The notes beneath the pieces were generated by a model. It was not told where the DNA came from. It worked only from the letters and a program-made list of their open reading frames with translations, and did no database searches. The position numbers and the translations under genes are program-made. A stretch of 64,000 nucleotides of DNA. Origin: Glaciecola sp. GTDB taxonomy: Bacteria; Pseudomonadota; Gammaproteobacteria; Enterobacterales; Alteromonadaceae. Each line of letters begins with the position of its first letter. Within the stretch, counting starts at the first letter, position 1. Positions 32,186-42,717 of the stretch are shown here, one piece after another. The stretch spans positions 399-64,398 of the forward strand of contig JAQXDG010000179.1 of NCBI GenBank assembly GCA_029251505.1, written 5' to 3'.

Positions 32186-32366
32186 ATCTGGTTAATTCGC
32201 TTTTAAGTTATTGATTTTTAATGGGGAGAGATATAATTCCTAGGCTACCCATTACGTAGTTGTATCGTAGGCAAGCATGCTACTAACACAACGCCTCAGA
32301 CCTCGTCTAATTTTCGAGTGTGCGGATTATCGCAGTCTTGCGTCCGTCAAGCAAGTTAAAATCGAT

Positions 32367-34049
32367 TTAATCCATGACTATTTTAGGTGTAACAAAGATA
32401 AGTAATTCACGTTTTTGCTCGATACTTACCTTATTTCTGAATAATCCACCGACGACAGGAATATCTCCAAGTAGAGGTACTTTGGTTACATCGTTTGTGC
32501 TGATTTGTTGAAAAATCCCGCCTAACACGATGGTTTCGCCATTTTCGACTAACACTTGGGTTTTAATTTCTTGGGTATCAATGGCAACAGCTGGACCGGT
32601 TGAAGTGGACACGGTTTCACCACGGGTATCTTGGGTCACCACCAAATCTAAAATAATGCGATTATCCGGTGTAATATGTGGGGTGACTTTGAGACTTAAT
32701 ACCGCTTTTTTAAATTCAACCGAGGTCGCGCCACTCGAGGTTGATTGCACATAAGGGATTTCGGTACCTTGTTCAATATACGCTTCTTGTTGATTGGCAA
32801 CCGTAATGCGAGGACTGGCAATTATTTCACCTCGATTTTCGGTTTCTAATGCGGATAATTCTAAATCCAATATAGCCCCGTCCATTAAACTAGCGATTTG
32901 CACTCCGATTCGTCCTGCGGCATTGGCAACCGGAAGATTCACATTAAGACGGTCTGATAACTCCGGGATCACGCCTGAGTTAATATTGCTCGCAGCGATT
33001 GCACTGCCTGATAATGCGGCATCACCTTGACGCCCAGTCAAACCCCAGCGCACCCCCAATTGTTCATCGACATTATCTCTGACTGTGACCATGCGTGATT
33101 CAATAAGGACTTGCTTGACCGGAACATCTAGTTCTTTGAGCAGTTTTTTTGCCATGGAGATAGAATCCGCACTATCACGTAATAGTAAGGTATTGGTACG
33201 TTCATCTACGGCAACAGAGCCTCGTGCTGACAATATGCCCCCGTTTGATGATTGTAGAAGGGTGGCCATTTGTTCAGCTTTAGCATAATTAACACGCACA
33301 TTTTCTGATACTAATGGCGCTAGATTTTGTGCTTGTTGTTGTGCTTGCAGAACTGCGCTTTCTCGGGCAGCGAGCTCTTCTTGCGGAGCGATCAGTAAAA
33401 TATTCCCTTCGATACGTTGATCTAGTCCACGAATTTTTAAGATCATCGCTAAGGCTTGATCCCAAGGCACATCTTGTAAGTTGATGGTCACGTTACCGGA
33501 GACGGTATCAGTGGTCACTAAATTAAAATCATTTAACTGGGCAATAATTTGTACAACCTGACGCACCGGAACGTCTTGAAAATCCAAACTAATGGGCTTG
33601 CCACTATACGTTGCATTGGAGAGTGTTTTTTTTGCAGGTTTGGGAGTAAAAGTTACAATCCATTGTGAATCGGTTCGCTGTTTATTGATTAGCATACTTT
33701 GAGTATGGGTGAGTGCGATCCGGGTCGTCTCATCATCTTGATACGTTTCAATCAATTGTAATGGCACCCCAAATGCGCTGACATCGAACTGTGCAAGTTG
33801 GTCTTTGCCTAATTGGGTCTGGGGTAAGGTAATGTCACTATTGATGTCATTACTCATGATGTTTAGTGTGGGCGGAGTCGACGAAAATGATAGGGTTAAG
33901 ACGCCTTCATTACTATTACCTCGGGTAAATGCGACATCCGTGACTATGACTGTTTGGGCTTGAGCTTTGGCAATAAGCGTCATACTCATCAGTATGATTA
34001 AGCTTAGATATACCCACGTCATTGCTTTTTTGATAAAGAAATTAAGCAT
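32367..34049 (-). CDS. pilQ: Type IV pilus secretin
   Basis: C-terminal secretin domain (VPLLGDIPVVGGLFR...ELLIFVTPKIV) and N-terminal AMIN-like repeats. The ATG at 34049 gives the signal peptide MLNFFIKKAMTWVYLSLIILMSMTLIAKAQA. Confidence 0.9.
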   Translation of the reverse strand: MLNFFIKKAMTWVYLSLIILMSMTLIAKAQAQTVIVTDVAFTRGNSNEGVLTLSFSSTPPTLNIMSNDINSDITLPQTQLGKDQLAQFDVSAFGVPLQLIETYQDDETTRIALTHTQSMLINKQRTDSQWIVTFTPKPAKKTLSNATYSGKPISLDFQDVPVRQVVQIIAQLNDFNLVTTDTVSGNVTINLQDVPWDQALAMILKIRGLDQRIEGNILLIAPQEELAARESAVLQAQQQAQNLAPLVSENVRVNYAKAEQMATLLQSSNGGILSARGSVAVDERTNTLLLRDSADSISMAKKLLKELDVPVKQVLIESRMVTVRDNVDEQLGVRWGLTGRQGDAALSGSAIAASNINSGVIPELSDRLNVNLPVANAAGRIGVQIASLMDGAILDLELSALETENRGEIIASPRITVANQQEAYIEQGTEIPYVQSTSSGATSVEFKKAVLSLKVTPHITPDNRIILDLVVTQDTRGETVSTSTGPAVAIDTQEIKTQVLVENGETIVLGGIFQQISTNDVTKVPLLGDIPVVGGLFRNKVSIEQKRELLIFVTPKIVMD

Positions 34050-34605
34050 GGATATTATCTCCAGCATCTGCCGTAATGGCAATGCGAGTTTGTTTGGATT
34101 GGTAACAGCCTGCGCCATCAGGAATAAGTTGCTCAACTAACACATGGTCGGATTCGATATGCGTAATTTTGCCGTGAAATAACCCTAAATAATGTCCAAT
34201 TTGTGCTTTATGTAATTTGCCATCATTGGTTTTAAAGAGCGCAAATGCAGTGTTATTGATGCGCAAAATTCCGGACATTGCGATAGCGTCGATCCCATAA
34301 GATTCTAATGCTGATGTTTGACGGGCAAAATTTGGCATCCTACAATTGCCTCGTTGCGTTGATACATGTGTCGGCATAGCAGTAACTGGACTGATAAATG
34401 GAGAGCGCATTGCAGCAGCTTGATATTGATAATTGGGGAGGGGGTGAAATTCAGGGCTTGGCTCTAATGGTACCGGCGTTGTCGATTGTACATTGGCGGT
34501 AAATTGCGCCAAATCGTCAGTTGAATGACTGCATCCACTAAGCATGAGTAACGCACTACAACTTAGGAGTAATGCTTGAAAGGATTTCAATCTAGGGTTT
34601 TTCAT
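34042..34605 (-). CDS. pilP: Type IV pilus assembly lipoprotein
   Basis: Lipobox LMLSGCS, 187 aa, located between pilO and pilQ. An ATGA overlap links it to pilO. Confidence 0.8.
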   Translation of the reverse strand: MKNPRLKSFQALLLSCSALLMLSGCSHSTDDLAQFTANVQSTTPVPLEPSPEFHPLPNYQYQAAAMRSPFISPVTAMPTHVSTQRGNCRMPNFARQTSALESYGIDAIAMSGILRINNTAFALFKTNDGKLHKAQIGHYLGLFHGKITHIESDHVLVEQLIPDGAGCYQSKQTRIAITADAGDNIHA

Positions 34606-35207
34606 AATGCAACGACCTCTTTTTCACTAGCGGTGCGATAGGTCCTTGCTTGCATTTGTAACCGTAAGCCTTCGGTTTCATTGGTCAGTGCAAAATCATG
34701 CAGAGTCACAATGCGCGGTAATGTCGCTATTTTTGTCACAAACTGTCCAAAATCATGGTACTCGCCTGTCACTTCTAATTGTATCGGCAGTTCGGTGTAA
34801 AACTCTTTCTCTATTTCCGGTTGCCACTGTAATAAACGAAAGGTCAGTCCCGAGGTCGTACCCACATAGGTAATATCATCAAGTAACCCAGGTGTTTCAT
34901 TGCTCGTGGGTAACGATTTGAGCATAAACGCAAAGTCTTGTTGCATTTGTTTGAGTTGCGCTTGATAGGCCGATAAATTAACGGCGGTACGATATTTAGC
35001 TTCGTACTGATGTTTCAATGTCGCTTCTTCGGCGGTAGCAGAATCGAGTAATGGCAATTTGGGATTCACTAATAAAAACCATCCTAGACCAAGACTAAAT
35101 AAAGCCGTGACGATGGTAACGACCCATTTTACTTCATGGGGCCAGGTAGCGACTTGCTCAAAATCCAATTCATTGAGTTGTTTTAGTTGAGTCACATAGA
35201 ATTTCAT
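34602..35207 (-). CDS. pilO: Type IV pilus assembly protein
   Basis: 201 aa with a single TM helix followed by a coiled coil. Its position and the ATGA overlap with pilN support the call. Confidence 0.85.
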   Translation of the reverse strand: MKFYVTQLKQLNELDFEQVATWPHEVKWVVTIVTALFSLGLGWFLLVNPKLPLLDSATAEEATLKHQYEAKYRTAVNLSAYQAQLKQMQQDFAFMLKSLPTSNETPGLLDDITYVGTTSGLTFRLLQWQPEIEKEFYTELPIQLEVTGEYHDFGQFVTKIATLPRIVTLHDFALTNETEGLRLQMQARTYRTASEKEVVAL

Positions 35208-35806
35208 GGTTGTCTCCTCGTTGCTAGATCGCTCTGGGGTTCGTTAAGTTGTGCCATCGGCGCAACCTCAGGGGCGATCATCACGGTTAATCGAAACTGA
35301 CTATTGGCAGTCGCTGAACTGACATCCGCTTTAATGGATGCTAACTCTTCTTGCAAAAAAACAGGTGATTGATGTAACTGACGCATAAACGTTGCCAACC
35401 GATTGTTGGAATCAGAATGCCCTTCAATCTCGATAATATTGCCTGTCCGACTCATCTTGTTAAATGTCATGCCTGCAGGAACGAGCTGTGCGAGTTGATC
35501 TAATATCGTAGGTGTTGCGTGACGTGAAATTTGCAATTGCTCCACCAAGCGCATTTTTTGTTCGAGAGCACGTTTATCGGTTTTGAGAATTTTAATTTGT
35601 GCAATTTTGGCATCTAATACTGCAATTTGTGTTTGTAAAAATTGATTGCGACTTTGTTGCTGCTGCAAAAGTTGTTCTATTCCCATACTGCTTAACCATG
35701 TCAGCCCCGCCCCCAATAGCGCAATGGCACTGAGTAATCCAATATAGTGTTTCTTTTGAGCTTGACGGCGGGCTTCACGCCACGGTAATAGGTTAATGCG
35801 CGCCAT
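35204..35806 (-). CDS. pilN: Type IV pilus assembly protein
   Basis: Conserved N-terminus MARINLLPWREARR followed by a TM helix. A GGAG RBS precedes the ATG at 35806. Confidence 0.85.
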   Translation of the reverse strand: MARINLLPWREARRQAQKKHYIGLLSAIALLGAGLTWLSSMGIEQLLQQQQSRNQFLQTQIAVLDAKIAQIKILKTDKRALEQKMRLVEQLQISRHATPTILDQLAQLVPAGMTFNKMSRTGNIIEIEGHSDSNNRLATFMRQLHQSPVFLQEELASIKADVSSATANSQFRLTVMIAPEVAPMAQLNEPQSDLATRRQP

Positions 35807-36863
35807 GTTGTGCACTCCGCATTGCTAAACCCGTAGCTACACATAGTAACGGTTTGGTTGCTACTAATTGCTCGGTCATAACCTCAGGATGGATCGAAAT
35901 GTGTGCAAAGGGATCAACGAGTGTAAATGTAATCCCCATTTCAGTGGTCAGTGACTCTGCGATATTCGGGAGCATAGCAACACCACCACACAAGTGAATT
36001 GATGTTGGTAATTCATTGTTTAATAAATTTTGCATCAACTGTAATGCCCGCAATATATGTTGCTGTAACTGAGCATGAAAGATAGGTAATACTTGTTGTT
36101 GCCACTGGGTATCTAATGTACCGGTGCTTAATTGTTGCAGCACGGCCTGCCCATCAAGTCGCATCGTTAATGCGATGTCTTGAGTAAAATGTTGTAAGCC
36201 AAATTGATGTTCTTTACTGTAAGTGACTGTGTTGGCTTGTGTCACAACAATATGCATCAGTTCGTTCCCAATATGGATCATGACTTGCCCGAGGGAGCTA
36301 TCTGTGTCGGTATATTGCGCTAACGCTAAATTTTCTAACGCATCTAATTCGGTATCGACTATCTTGGGCAGCATGCCCGCCTCTCGTGCTAATGTCATGC
36401 GGTTGTCGACTAATTGACGATGAGCAGCAGTTAACAATACATCTGCTTTATCTGTCTGATTGACGGTTGCGCCCAGAGTTTCAAAATCCCAGTAAACCTC
36501 ATCTAATGGATAGGGGATTAAACTGTCTGCTTCAATTTCAATTTGTTCTTCAAGATGCTGTTCATCTAGATCTAAAGGCATTTGAATGACTTTACTCAAC
36601 ACTGAGGTGCCTGATACAGCAATCACCGTAGGTTGATGTTTGAGCTTAAGTTTCATCATTATTTTTTTGAGGGTGTTAGCAACACTATCGAAATCGACAA
36701 TGTCGCGTTCGGTAAATGCTTGGCTTGGGATCAATTCACAAGCAACCCCTCGACATTCCCAGTGCTGGTCAATCGGAGCAAGCAACACCGCTTTAATAAA
36801 AGTAGTGCCAATATCCACACCTAATAAAGGTTTGGTTTTGGGTGTAAAAACGGTAAACTTCAT
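35793..36863 (-). CDS. pilM: Type IV pilus assembly ATPase-like (actin-fold) protein
   Basis: LLGVDIGTTFIKAVLL actin/FtsA-like fold. An AAGGAAG RBS precedes the ATG at 36863. The ORF-track extension to 36935 is unlikely. Confidence 0.9.
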   Translation of the reverse strand: MKFTVFTPKTKPLLGVDIGTTFIKAVLLAPIDQHWECRGVACELIPSQAFTERDIVDFDSVANTLKKIMMKLKLKHQPTVIAVSGTSVLSKVIQMPLDLDEQHLEEQIEIEADSLIPYPLDEVYWDFETLGATVNQTDKADVLLTAAHRQLVDNRMTLAREAGMLPKIVDTELDALENLALAQYTDTDSSLGQVMIHIGNELMHIVVTQANTVTYSKEHQFGLQHFTQDIALTMRLDGQAVLQQLSTGTLDTQWQQQVLPIFHAQLQQHILRALQLMQNLLNNELPTSIHLCGGVAMLPNIAESLTTEMGITFTLVDPFAHISIHPEVMTEQLVATKPLLCVATGLAMRSAQHGAH

Positions 36864-36968
36864 TTTATCTACTTCCTTAATGCGTTGAATCGCGTTATTG
36901 CTAGTGACATTATTGGTCAAAAACACCTCCAACAAGGTCTTGTTTCTGACACATACGTATTAAAATAT

Positions 36969-39848
36969 ATGACAAATGGAACATATTGCGTTGTGATAAA
37001 CCGGTTGAAAAGTGTAATCAGAACTTTAGTCGTGTTCGGGATCTTGGGGCTAACCCTCGCACTGCTTGGGACTGCGTCATTATATTTTTATGTTAAAACT
37101 GATCTCCCATCGGTTGAGTCTCTCAAAGACGTGCGTTTGCAAACGCCAATGAAAATTTATACCCAAGACGGTCAACTTATTTCCCAATATGGGGTGAAGC
37201 GACGCATTCCTGTGACCATTGATGATGTCCCACAACAACTAATCAATGCGATTTTAGCCACCGAAGATTCTCGTTTTTACGATCACGATGGCATTGATCC
37301 GATTGGTATGGTGCGTGCCTTAATTAATTTAATTGTCACAGGTGAAAAAGGCCAAGGCGGCAGTACGTTAACTATGCAGATTGCACGTGGATTTTTCTTA
37401 TCCAGAGAAAAAACCTACATACGTAAAATTAAAGAAGTGTTTATTGCATGGCATATCGAACAGACGTTAACGAAGAATGAAATTCTCACGTTATATTTGA
37501 ATAAAATTGAACTTGGACACCGTGCGTTTGGTTTTGGTGCCGCAGCACAAGTGTATTATGGTTCAACGTTAACCGAACTTAATTTAGCGCAAATTGCAAC
37601 CTTAGCGGGATTACCGCAAGCTCCGTCAATACTGAACCCCATCAGTCGTCCTCAGCGCTCTGTAGAACGTCGCCGAATAGTCTTATTGCGCATGTTAGAT
37701 GAAGGTTATATTACCCGTGAAGAATTTAAAATCGCACGTGATGAGCCGGTTACTGCATCCAAACATGGCGCAGAAATTGATTTTTCGGCACCATATTTAG
37801 CCGATATTATTTATAACGAAATGGTCGAATTGTACGGTAAAGAAGAAGCTGAAACAGGGGGCTATAAAGTTTATGCAACTGTGCCAGCGAATTTACAACA
37901 AGCTGCGCAGCAAGCTTTAATCCAAAATATCCATGATTATGATGAGCGCCATGGTTATCGTGGAGTTATTACTAATCTAGAGCAATTATATCAATTATGG
38001 CAATTTGAAACGGAACAAACCGATGAGTTTATTCCTGAGCTAAAACCCGAACTGAAGCCAGAACTACAGGCTGAATTTGATCTTAACGAGACACAAGAAG
38101 AAAACATTGATGATACGGATACGCCGGATGTGCCAGATGCGTCTATGGTGATAGTGCCGGTTGTCAACGAGCGAACTGAACTAGTTAGTGTTGAGCAGCC
38201 TAGCAGCGCAAGTGCATTGTTACTCGACTCCTTGCCCGTTAGTGTGATCCTCGACTTGTTAGCTCAAGTTGATCCCATTGAACCTCTTGAGCCAGCCATT
38301 GTGATGACCCTCGAGGACCAATCGCTGCAAGTTTTAAATCAACAAGGTGTATTGCTCACTATTGAGTGGCCTGGATTAGCTTGGGCACGACCTTATATCA
38401 ATGATCAACGTCAAGGTGCGATTCCCACAAGCGCCAGTGATATTGTACAAATCGGCGACATTGTTTATGTCCGACAAGTGGCAAACAAAGGCCTGTATTT
38501 ATCGCAATTACCTGAAGTGAGCAGTGCGTTTATTGCATTAAATCCAAATGATGGGGCTGTGCAAGCCGTTGTTGGCGGCTATAACTTTTATCAAAGTCAA
38601 TTTAACCGTGCCACGCAAGCAAAACGTCAAGTAGGTTCAAATATAAAACCCTTTGTTTATTCTGCAGCATTAGATAATGGCTATACCATCGCAAGTGTCA
38701 TCAATGATGCCCCAATTAATCAATGGGATGCAAGTAGCGGTATTGCGTGGCGGCCACAAAATTCCCCACCGGTGTACGATGGGCCTATTCGGATGCGTCA
38801 AGCATTAGGTAAATCTAAAAACGTTGTCTCGGTGCGCTTATTGCGCGCAGTCGGGATTGAAAATACCGCCCGTCATATTGCCAAGTTTGGCTTTGATTTG
38901 GATGATATTCCTCGGGATGAAACTTTATCATTGGGTTCTGGCTCGCATACGCCGTTGGAAGTCGCAACAGGGATCGCGACGATTGCCAATGGCGGCTTCG
39001 CTGTGACGCCTTATTTTATCGATAAAATTACGAATGAAGCCGGTAACATTATTTTTAAAGCTAATATGCCAAGAGCGTGTGACGACTGTATTGCCGAAAT
39101 AGTTAAAGTTACCCCATTGACCAATAAAAACGGGAATATCGCGACGCTTGAAGCATTATTAACCCAAGAGTTGACTAACAACGTGAATGCCCAGCATACT
39201 GCTGCTTTGGCAACCGATACGATGATTTCTGCTCCCCGAGTTATCAGTGCCCAGAATGCTTTCTTAGTGTCACAAATGATGCGCAGTGCAGTCCGAGCTA
39301 ATGGCAGTTGGAATAATAAAACCTATTGGTTAGGTACAGGTTGGCGCGCCCGAAATATATTGCAGCGTACCGATATAGGCGGTAAAACTGGAACGACGAA
39401 TGATTCTCGTGATACCTGGTTTAGTGGTTTTGCTCCTGGTTTGGTGGCAACTAGCTGGGTCGGCTTTGATGACAGTGCAAGACAGCTTGGTCGGACTTCA
39501 CGTAATCAACATTTAATTAATTTAAATCCAAGTAAATTTAATTGGATTGGTAATGCACTGATTGGTGCGGAAGACGGCGCGAAAGCGGCGCAACCTGCTT
39601 GGATCCGATTTATGCAAGTGGCATTAGCGGACACACCGGAAGGCAGCACACAAGTCCCTGATGGGATCACCCAAGTGCGTATCGATCGCACGACAGGGAA
39701 ATTGACTGATCGCACTGATCACACGTCAATGTTTGAATATTTTCAATTAGGGACTCAACCCACATCGAAAGTAAGCCAAGATCAAATTGTTGACCCGTTA
39801 GAAGAACAAAAAACATCCGTAAAAGAAGAAGCTGACGATATTTTTTAG
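36969..39848 (+). CDS. mrcA: Penicillin-binding protein 1A (bifunctional glycosyltransferase/transpeptidase)
   Basis: GT51 motifs (ATEDSRFYDHDGID, GGSTLTMQ, RKIKE) and transpeptidase motifs (SNIKP = SxxK, SKN, KTGTT). The gene is divergent from pilM. The start is uncertain (ATG 36969 or GTG 36993; the ORF is open from 36885). Confidence 0.9.
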   Translation: MTNGTYCVVINRLKSVIRTLVVFGILGLTLALLGTASLYFYVKTDLPSVESLKDVRLQTPMKIYTQDGQLISQYGVKRRIPVTIDDVPQQLINAILATEDSRFYDHDGIDPIGMVRALINLIVTGEKGQGGSTLTMQIARGFFLSREKTYIRKIKEVFIAWHIEQTLTKNEILTLYLNKIELGHRAFGFGAAAQVYYGSTLTELNLAQIATLAGLPQAPSILNPISRPQRSVERRRIVLLRMLDEGYITREEFKIARDEPVTASKHGAEIDFSAPYLADIIYNEMVELYGKEEAETGGYKVYATVPANLQQAAQQALIQNIHDYDERHGYRGVITNLEQLYQLWQFETEQTDEFIPELKPELKPELQAEFDLNETQEENIDDTDTPDVPDASMVIVPVVNERTELVSVEQPSSASALLLDSLPVSVILDLLAQVDPIEPLEPAIVMTLEDQSLQVLNQQGVLLTIEWPGLAWARPYINDQRQGAIPTSASDIVQIGDIVYVRQVANKGLYLSQLPEVSSAFIALNPNDGAVQAVVGGYNFYQSQFNRATQAKRQVGSNIKPFVYSAALDNGYTIASVINDAPINQWDASSGIAWRPQNSPPVYDGPIRMRQALGKSKNVVSVRLLRAVGIENTARHIAKFGFDLDDIPRDETLSLGSGSHTPLEVATGIATIANGGFAVTPYFIDKITNEAGNIIFKANMPRACDDCIAEIVKVTPLTNKNGNIATLEALLTQELTNNVNAQHTAALATDTMISAPRVISAQNAFLVSQMMRSAVRANGSWNNKTYWLGTGWRARNILQRTDIGGKTGTTNDSRDTWFSGFAPGLVATSWVGFDDSARQLGRTSRNQHLINLNPSKFNWIGNALIGAEDGAKAAQPAWIRFMQVALADTPEGSTQVPDGITQVRIDRTTGKLTDRTDHTSMFEYFQLGTQPTSKVSQDQIVDPLEEQKTSVKEEADDIF
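38034..38069 (+). repeat. Three imperfect 12-nt tandem repeats inside mrcA (encoding PELK-PELK-PELQ)
   Basis: cctgagctaaaa / cccgaactgaag / ccagaactacag. The repeats lie in an acidic low-complexity insertion between the GT and TP domains. Confidence 0.7.
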
Positions 39849-39941
39849 ACCCTATTTTTTAAACAAGATAGGGGAGAATAAAAGGCATCACGTCACCATT
39901 ACTAGATACTTAATAAGAACAAAATAAACGACAGAAAAACT

Positions 39942-41639
39942 ATGACCCAAACAACTAATAATAATCCATATTTATATATTCCTTACTCCGGTCCGGCACT
40001 GTTAGAAACCCCTTTGCTGAACAAGGGCAGTGCGTTTAGCGAAATCGAACGTAAAACATTTAATTTGATGGGGTTGCTACCCCCGCGTTATGAATCTATC
40101 GATGAGCAAGTTGAACGCGCGTATATGCAATATTCGAGTTTTACGGATCCACTGAATAAACACATTTATTTGCGCAATATTCAGGACACCAACGAAACGT
40201 TATTTTACAAACTCGTGCAAGCGAATATCGAAGAAATGATGCCGATCATTTATACCCCGACAGTGGGCGATGCATGTGAAAAATTCTCTGATATTTATCG
40301 TAGTTCACGGGGGTTATTTATCTCACACCAAGAGCGCCACAACTTAGATGATATCCTGCGTAATGTGACCAAACCTAAAGTCAAAGTGATCGTTGTCACT
40401 GACGGAGAGCGAATTTTAGGTTTAGGGGATCAAGGCATTGGTGGCATGGGGATCCCAATTGGTAAGTTGTCTTTGTATACGGCATGTGGCGGTATTTCTC
40501 CGGCTTATACCTTGCCTATTACTTTAGATGTGGGTACCAATAATCAAAAATTACTTGATGATCCTATGTATATGGGCGAACGTCATGAGCGTATCAGCCA
40601 AGATAAATATGATGAGTTTGTTGAATTGTTTATGCAAGCGGTGCAACGTCGTTGGCCGGATGCGATGGTTCAGTTTGAAGATTTCGCCCAGCCTAATGCC
40701 ATGCCTATTTTGAACAAGTATCGTGATACTTACTGTTGCTTCAATGATGATATTCAAGGTACTGCTGCAGTGGCACTCGGGACGTTATTAGCGGCATGTC
40801 GTATGACGGATAAAAAATTGTCAGATATGCGTGTGTCATTCGTTGGAGGCGGTTCGGCTGGTTGTGGTATTGCTGAAATGCTGATCCAGCAAATGCGTCA
40901 CGAAGGTTTGAGTGATGTCGATGCTCGCCGTCGTATCTATATGCTTGACCGTCTTGGTTTAATCACTGAAGGCCAATCGGGTCTTCGTGATTTTCAAGCA
41001 AAACTAGCGCAACAACCTCAAGATCTAGTCGAGTGGGATATTGATGGAGAATACGCGACGTTATTAGAAGTCGTCCAGCACGCCAAACCTGATATTTTGA
41101 TTGGGGTATCTGGTGTGCCAGGATTGTTTACTCAAGATGTGGTTGAGGCTATGGCACAGCATCATGAACACCCCATTATCTTTCCATTATCTAATCCTTC
41201 ACGCCAAGTCGAAGCACATCCATTAGATGTCATTAACTGGACTAAAGGAAAAGTGATTATCGCTACCGGTAGCCCATTTGGTGATGTTTTGTATGAAGGC
41301 AAAGCCTTTCATGTAGCACAATGTAACAATTCTTATATTTTCCCTGGTATTGGTTTAGGTGTCATTGTATCCAAAGCACGCACGATTTCAGATGAAATGA
41401 TTATGGCAAGCTCCAATACGTTGGCAGATGTGTCACCACTAGCAAATACTGGTGCCGGTGGTTTACTTCCACCACTGACGCAAATTACTCAATTAAGTAA
41501 ATCCATCGCCTTTAATGTCGCCAAAGTCGCGATGACACAAGGGCATGCATTGACCATCAGTGATGATGAATTACGCGAACGTATTGAAAAATATTTTTGG
41601 ACGCCGCAGTACCGTCAGTACAAACGCTCAAGCGTGTGA
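39942..41639 (+). CDS. maeA: NAD-dependent malic enzyme
   Basis: 565 aa, the same length as E. coli MaeA/SfcA. Motifs seen: [24 protein letters not shown], and the dinucleotide fold [12 protein letters not shown]. Confidence 0.9.
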   Translation: MTQTTNNNPYLYIPYSGPALLETPLLNKGSAFSEIERKTFNLMGLLPPRYESIDEQVERAYMQYSSFTDPLNKHIYLRNIQDTNETLFYKLVQANIEEMMPIIYTPTVGDACEKFSDIYRSSRGLFISHQERHNLDDILRNVTKPKVKVIVVTDGERILGLGDQGIGGMGIPIGKLSLYTACGGISPAYTLPITLDVGTNNQKLLDDPMYMGERHERISQDKYDEFVELFMQAVQRRWPDAMVQFEDFAQPNAMPILNKYRDTYCCFNDDIQGTAAVALGTLLAACRMTDKKLSDMRVSFVGGGSAGCGIAEMLIQQMRHEGLSDVDARRRIYMLDRLGLITEGQSGLRDFQAKLAQQPQDLVEWDIDGEYATLLEVVQHAKPDILIGVSGVPGLFTQDVVEAMAQHHEHPIIFPLSNPSRQVEAHPLDVINWTKGKVIIATGSPFGDVLYEGKAFHVAQCNNSYIFPGIGLGVIVSKARTISDEMIMASSNTLADVSPLANTGAGGLLPPLTQITQLSKSIAFNVAKVAMTQGHALTISDDELRERIEKYFWTPQYRQYKRSSV

Positions 41640-41648
41640 TCTAGTTAC

Positions 41649-42368
41649 ATGAGTACCATAAAAACTCCTCAACATCCTTTTGTTGAGGGGATGATTACTG
41701 CGTTTCCATTATTATTAGGATTTGTGCCGGTGGCATTTATGCTCGGTGCTGAAGCTGCGCAAAAAGACTTTTCCAGTGTGTTAATCATGTTTTTGACAAT
41801 GGTTAATTTTGCCGGTGGATCGGAGTTCGCAGCCATTGAGTTATGGACGTCCCCCCCTTCGGTCTTGTTTATTATCTTTGTCACTTTTATGGTGAACAGC
41901 CGTCATATCATTATGGGGGCGACGCTTGCCCCTCACATTAAACATCTGCCTAAACGTAAAATGTTGACGACGCTTTTTTTTATGGCCGATGAGGTCTGGG
42001 CGTTAGCGATGCAAGACATTAACAAACAGCATAAACTGACACCGTCTAAAAAAGGCTTTAGGTTTGATTTTTATCTCGGTGTTGCGTTGTCATTGTATGT
42101 CACTTGGTCTACTTTTGCCGGTTTAGGCGCATATTACGGCGGCATGTTAGGAGACTTACATCAATATGGGTTGCATATGGCATTTCCTGCCTTGTTTATT
42201 GTTATTTTGGTCAGTATGTGGAATGGCAAACATAATGCGTTACCGTGGGCCGTAAGCGCAGTAGTGGCAATGCTTGCTTATCAATATCTGCCGGGTGGTT
42301 GGTATGTGATTTTAGGAACGTTAAGCGGAATGTTGGTTGCGTACTTTCAAGGGGAAAGCGATGCTTGA
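41649..42368 (+). CDS. azlC: Branched-chain amino acid exporter, large subunit (AzlC family)
   Basis: 239-aa polytopic protein with an AzlC-like profile. It forms an 8-nt overlap with a small AzlD-like ORF. Confidence 0.75.
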   Translation: MSTIKTPQHPFVEGMITAFPLLLGFVPVAFMLGAEAAQKDFSSVLIMFLTMVNFAGGSEFAAIELWTSPPSVLFIIFVTFMVNSRHIIMGATLAPHIKHLPKRKMLTTLFFMADEVWALAMQDINKQHKLTPSKKGFRFDFYLGVALSLYVTWSTFAGLGAYYGGMLGDLHQYGLHMAFPALFIVILVSMWNGKHNALPWAVSAVVAMLAYQYLPGGWYVILGTLSGMLVAYFQGESDA

Positions 42369-42660
42369 TTATGCGACGTTGTTGACGATCTTGGGTATGG
42401 GCATGGTGACGTATTTTACTCGTGTATTTGGTTTTTTGTTATTACGAAATAAAACCTTAAACGATACGCAAACACGAATGATGTCTATTGCACCTGGGTG
42501 TGTATTTATTGCGATTATTGCGCCTGAGTTTTTAACCGGTACTTTGGGTGATATTCTTGCCCTATGTGTGACATTTATTGCTGCACTGCGCTTGGGTATG
42601 CTCGGCACTATTGTAATTGGGATTACCAGTGCGTATGGATTTAATTGGTTGCTATCCTGA
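42361..42660 (+). CDS. azlD: Branched-chain amino acid exporter, small subunit (AzlD family)
   Basis: 99-aa hydrophobic protein beginning MLDYATLLTILGMGMVTYFTRVFGF. The ATG at 42361 is preceded by GGGGAAAG. Confidence 0.7.
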   Translation: MLDYATLLTILGMGMVTYFTRVFGFLLLRNKTLNDTQTRMMSIAPGCVFIAIIAPEFLTGTLGDILALCVTFIAALRLGMLGTIVIGITSAYGFNWLLS

Positions 42661-42703
42661 CATACCTAGAATCATTTATCTGACGTAATGATAGGTATGT
42701 CAG
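42657..42703. terminator. Hairpin between convergent azlD and argA
   Basis: Perfect 12-bp inverted repeat CTGACATACCTA/TAGGTATGTCAG (42657-42668 / 42692-42703) plus an inner 5-bp TCATT/AATGA. It starts inside the last codons of azlD. Only a weak T-tract follows. Confidence 0.5.
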
Positions 42704-42717
42704 ATTCTGGCTGTATT

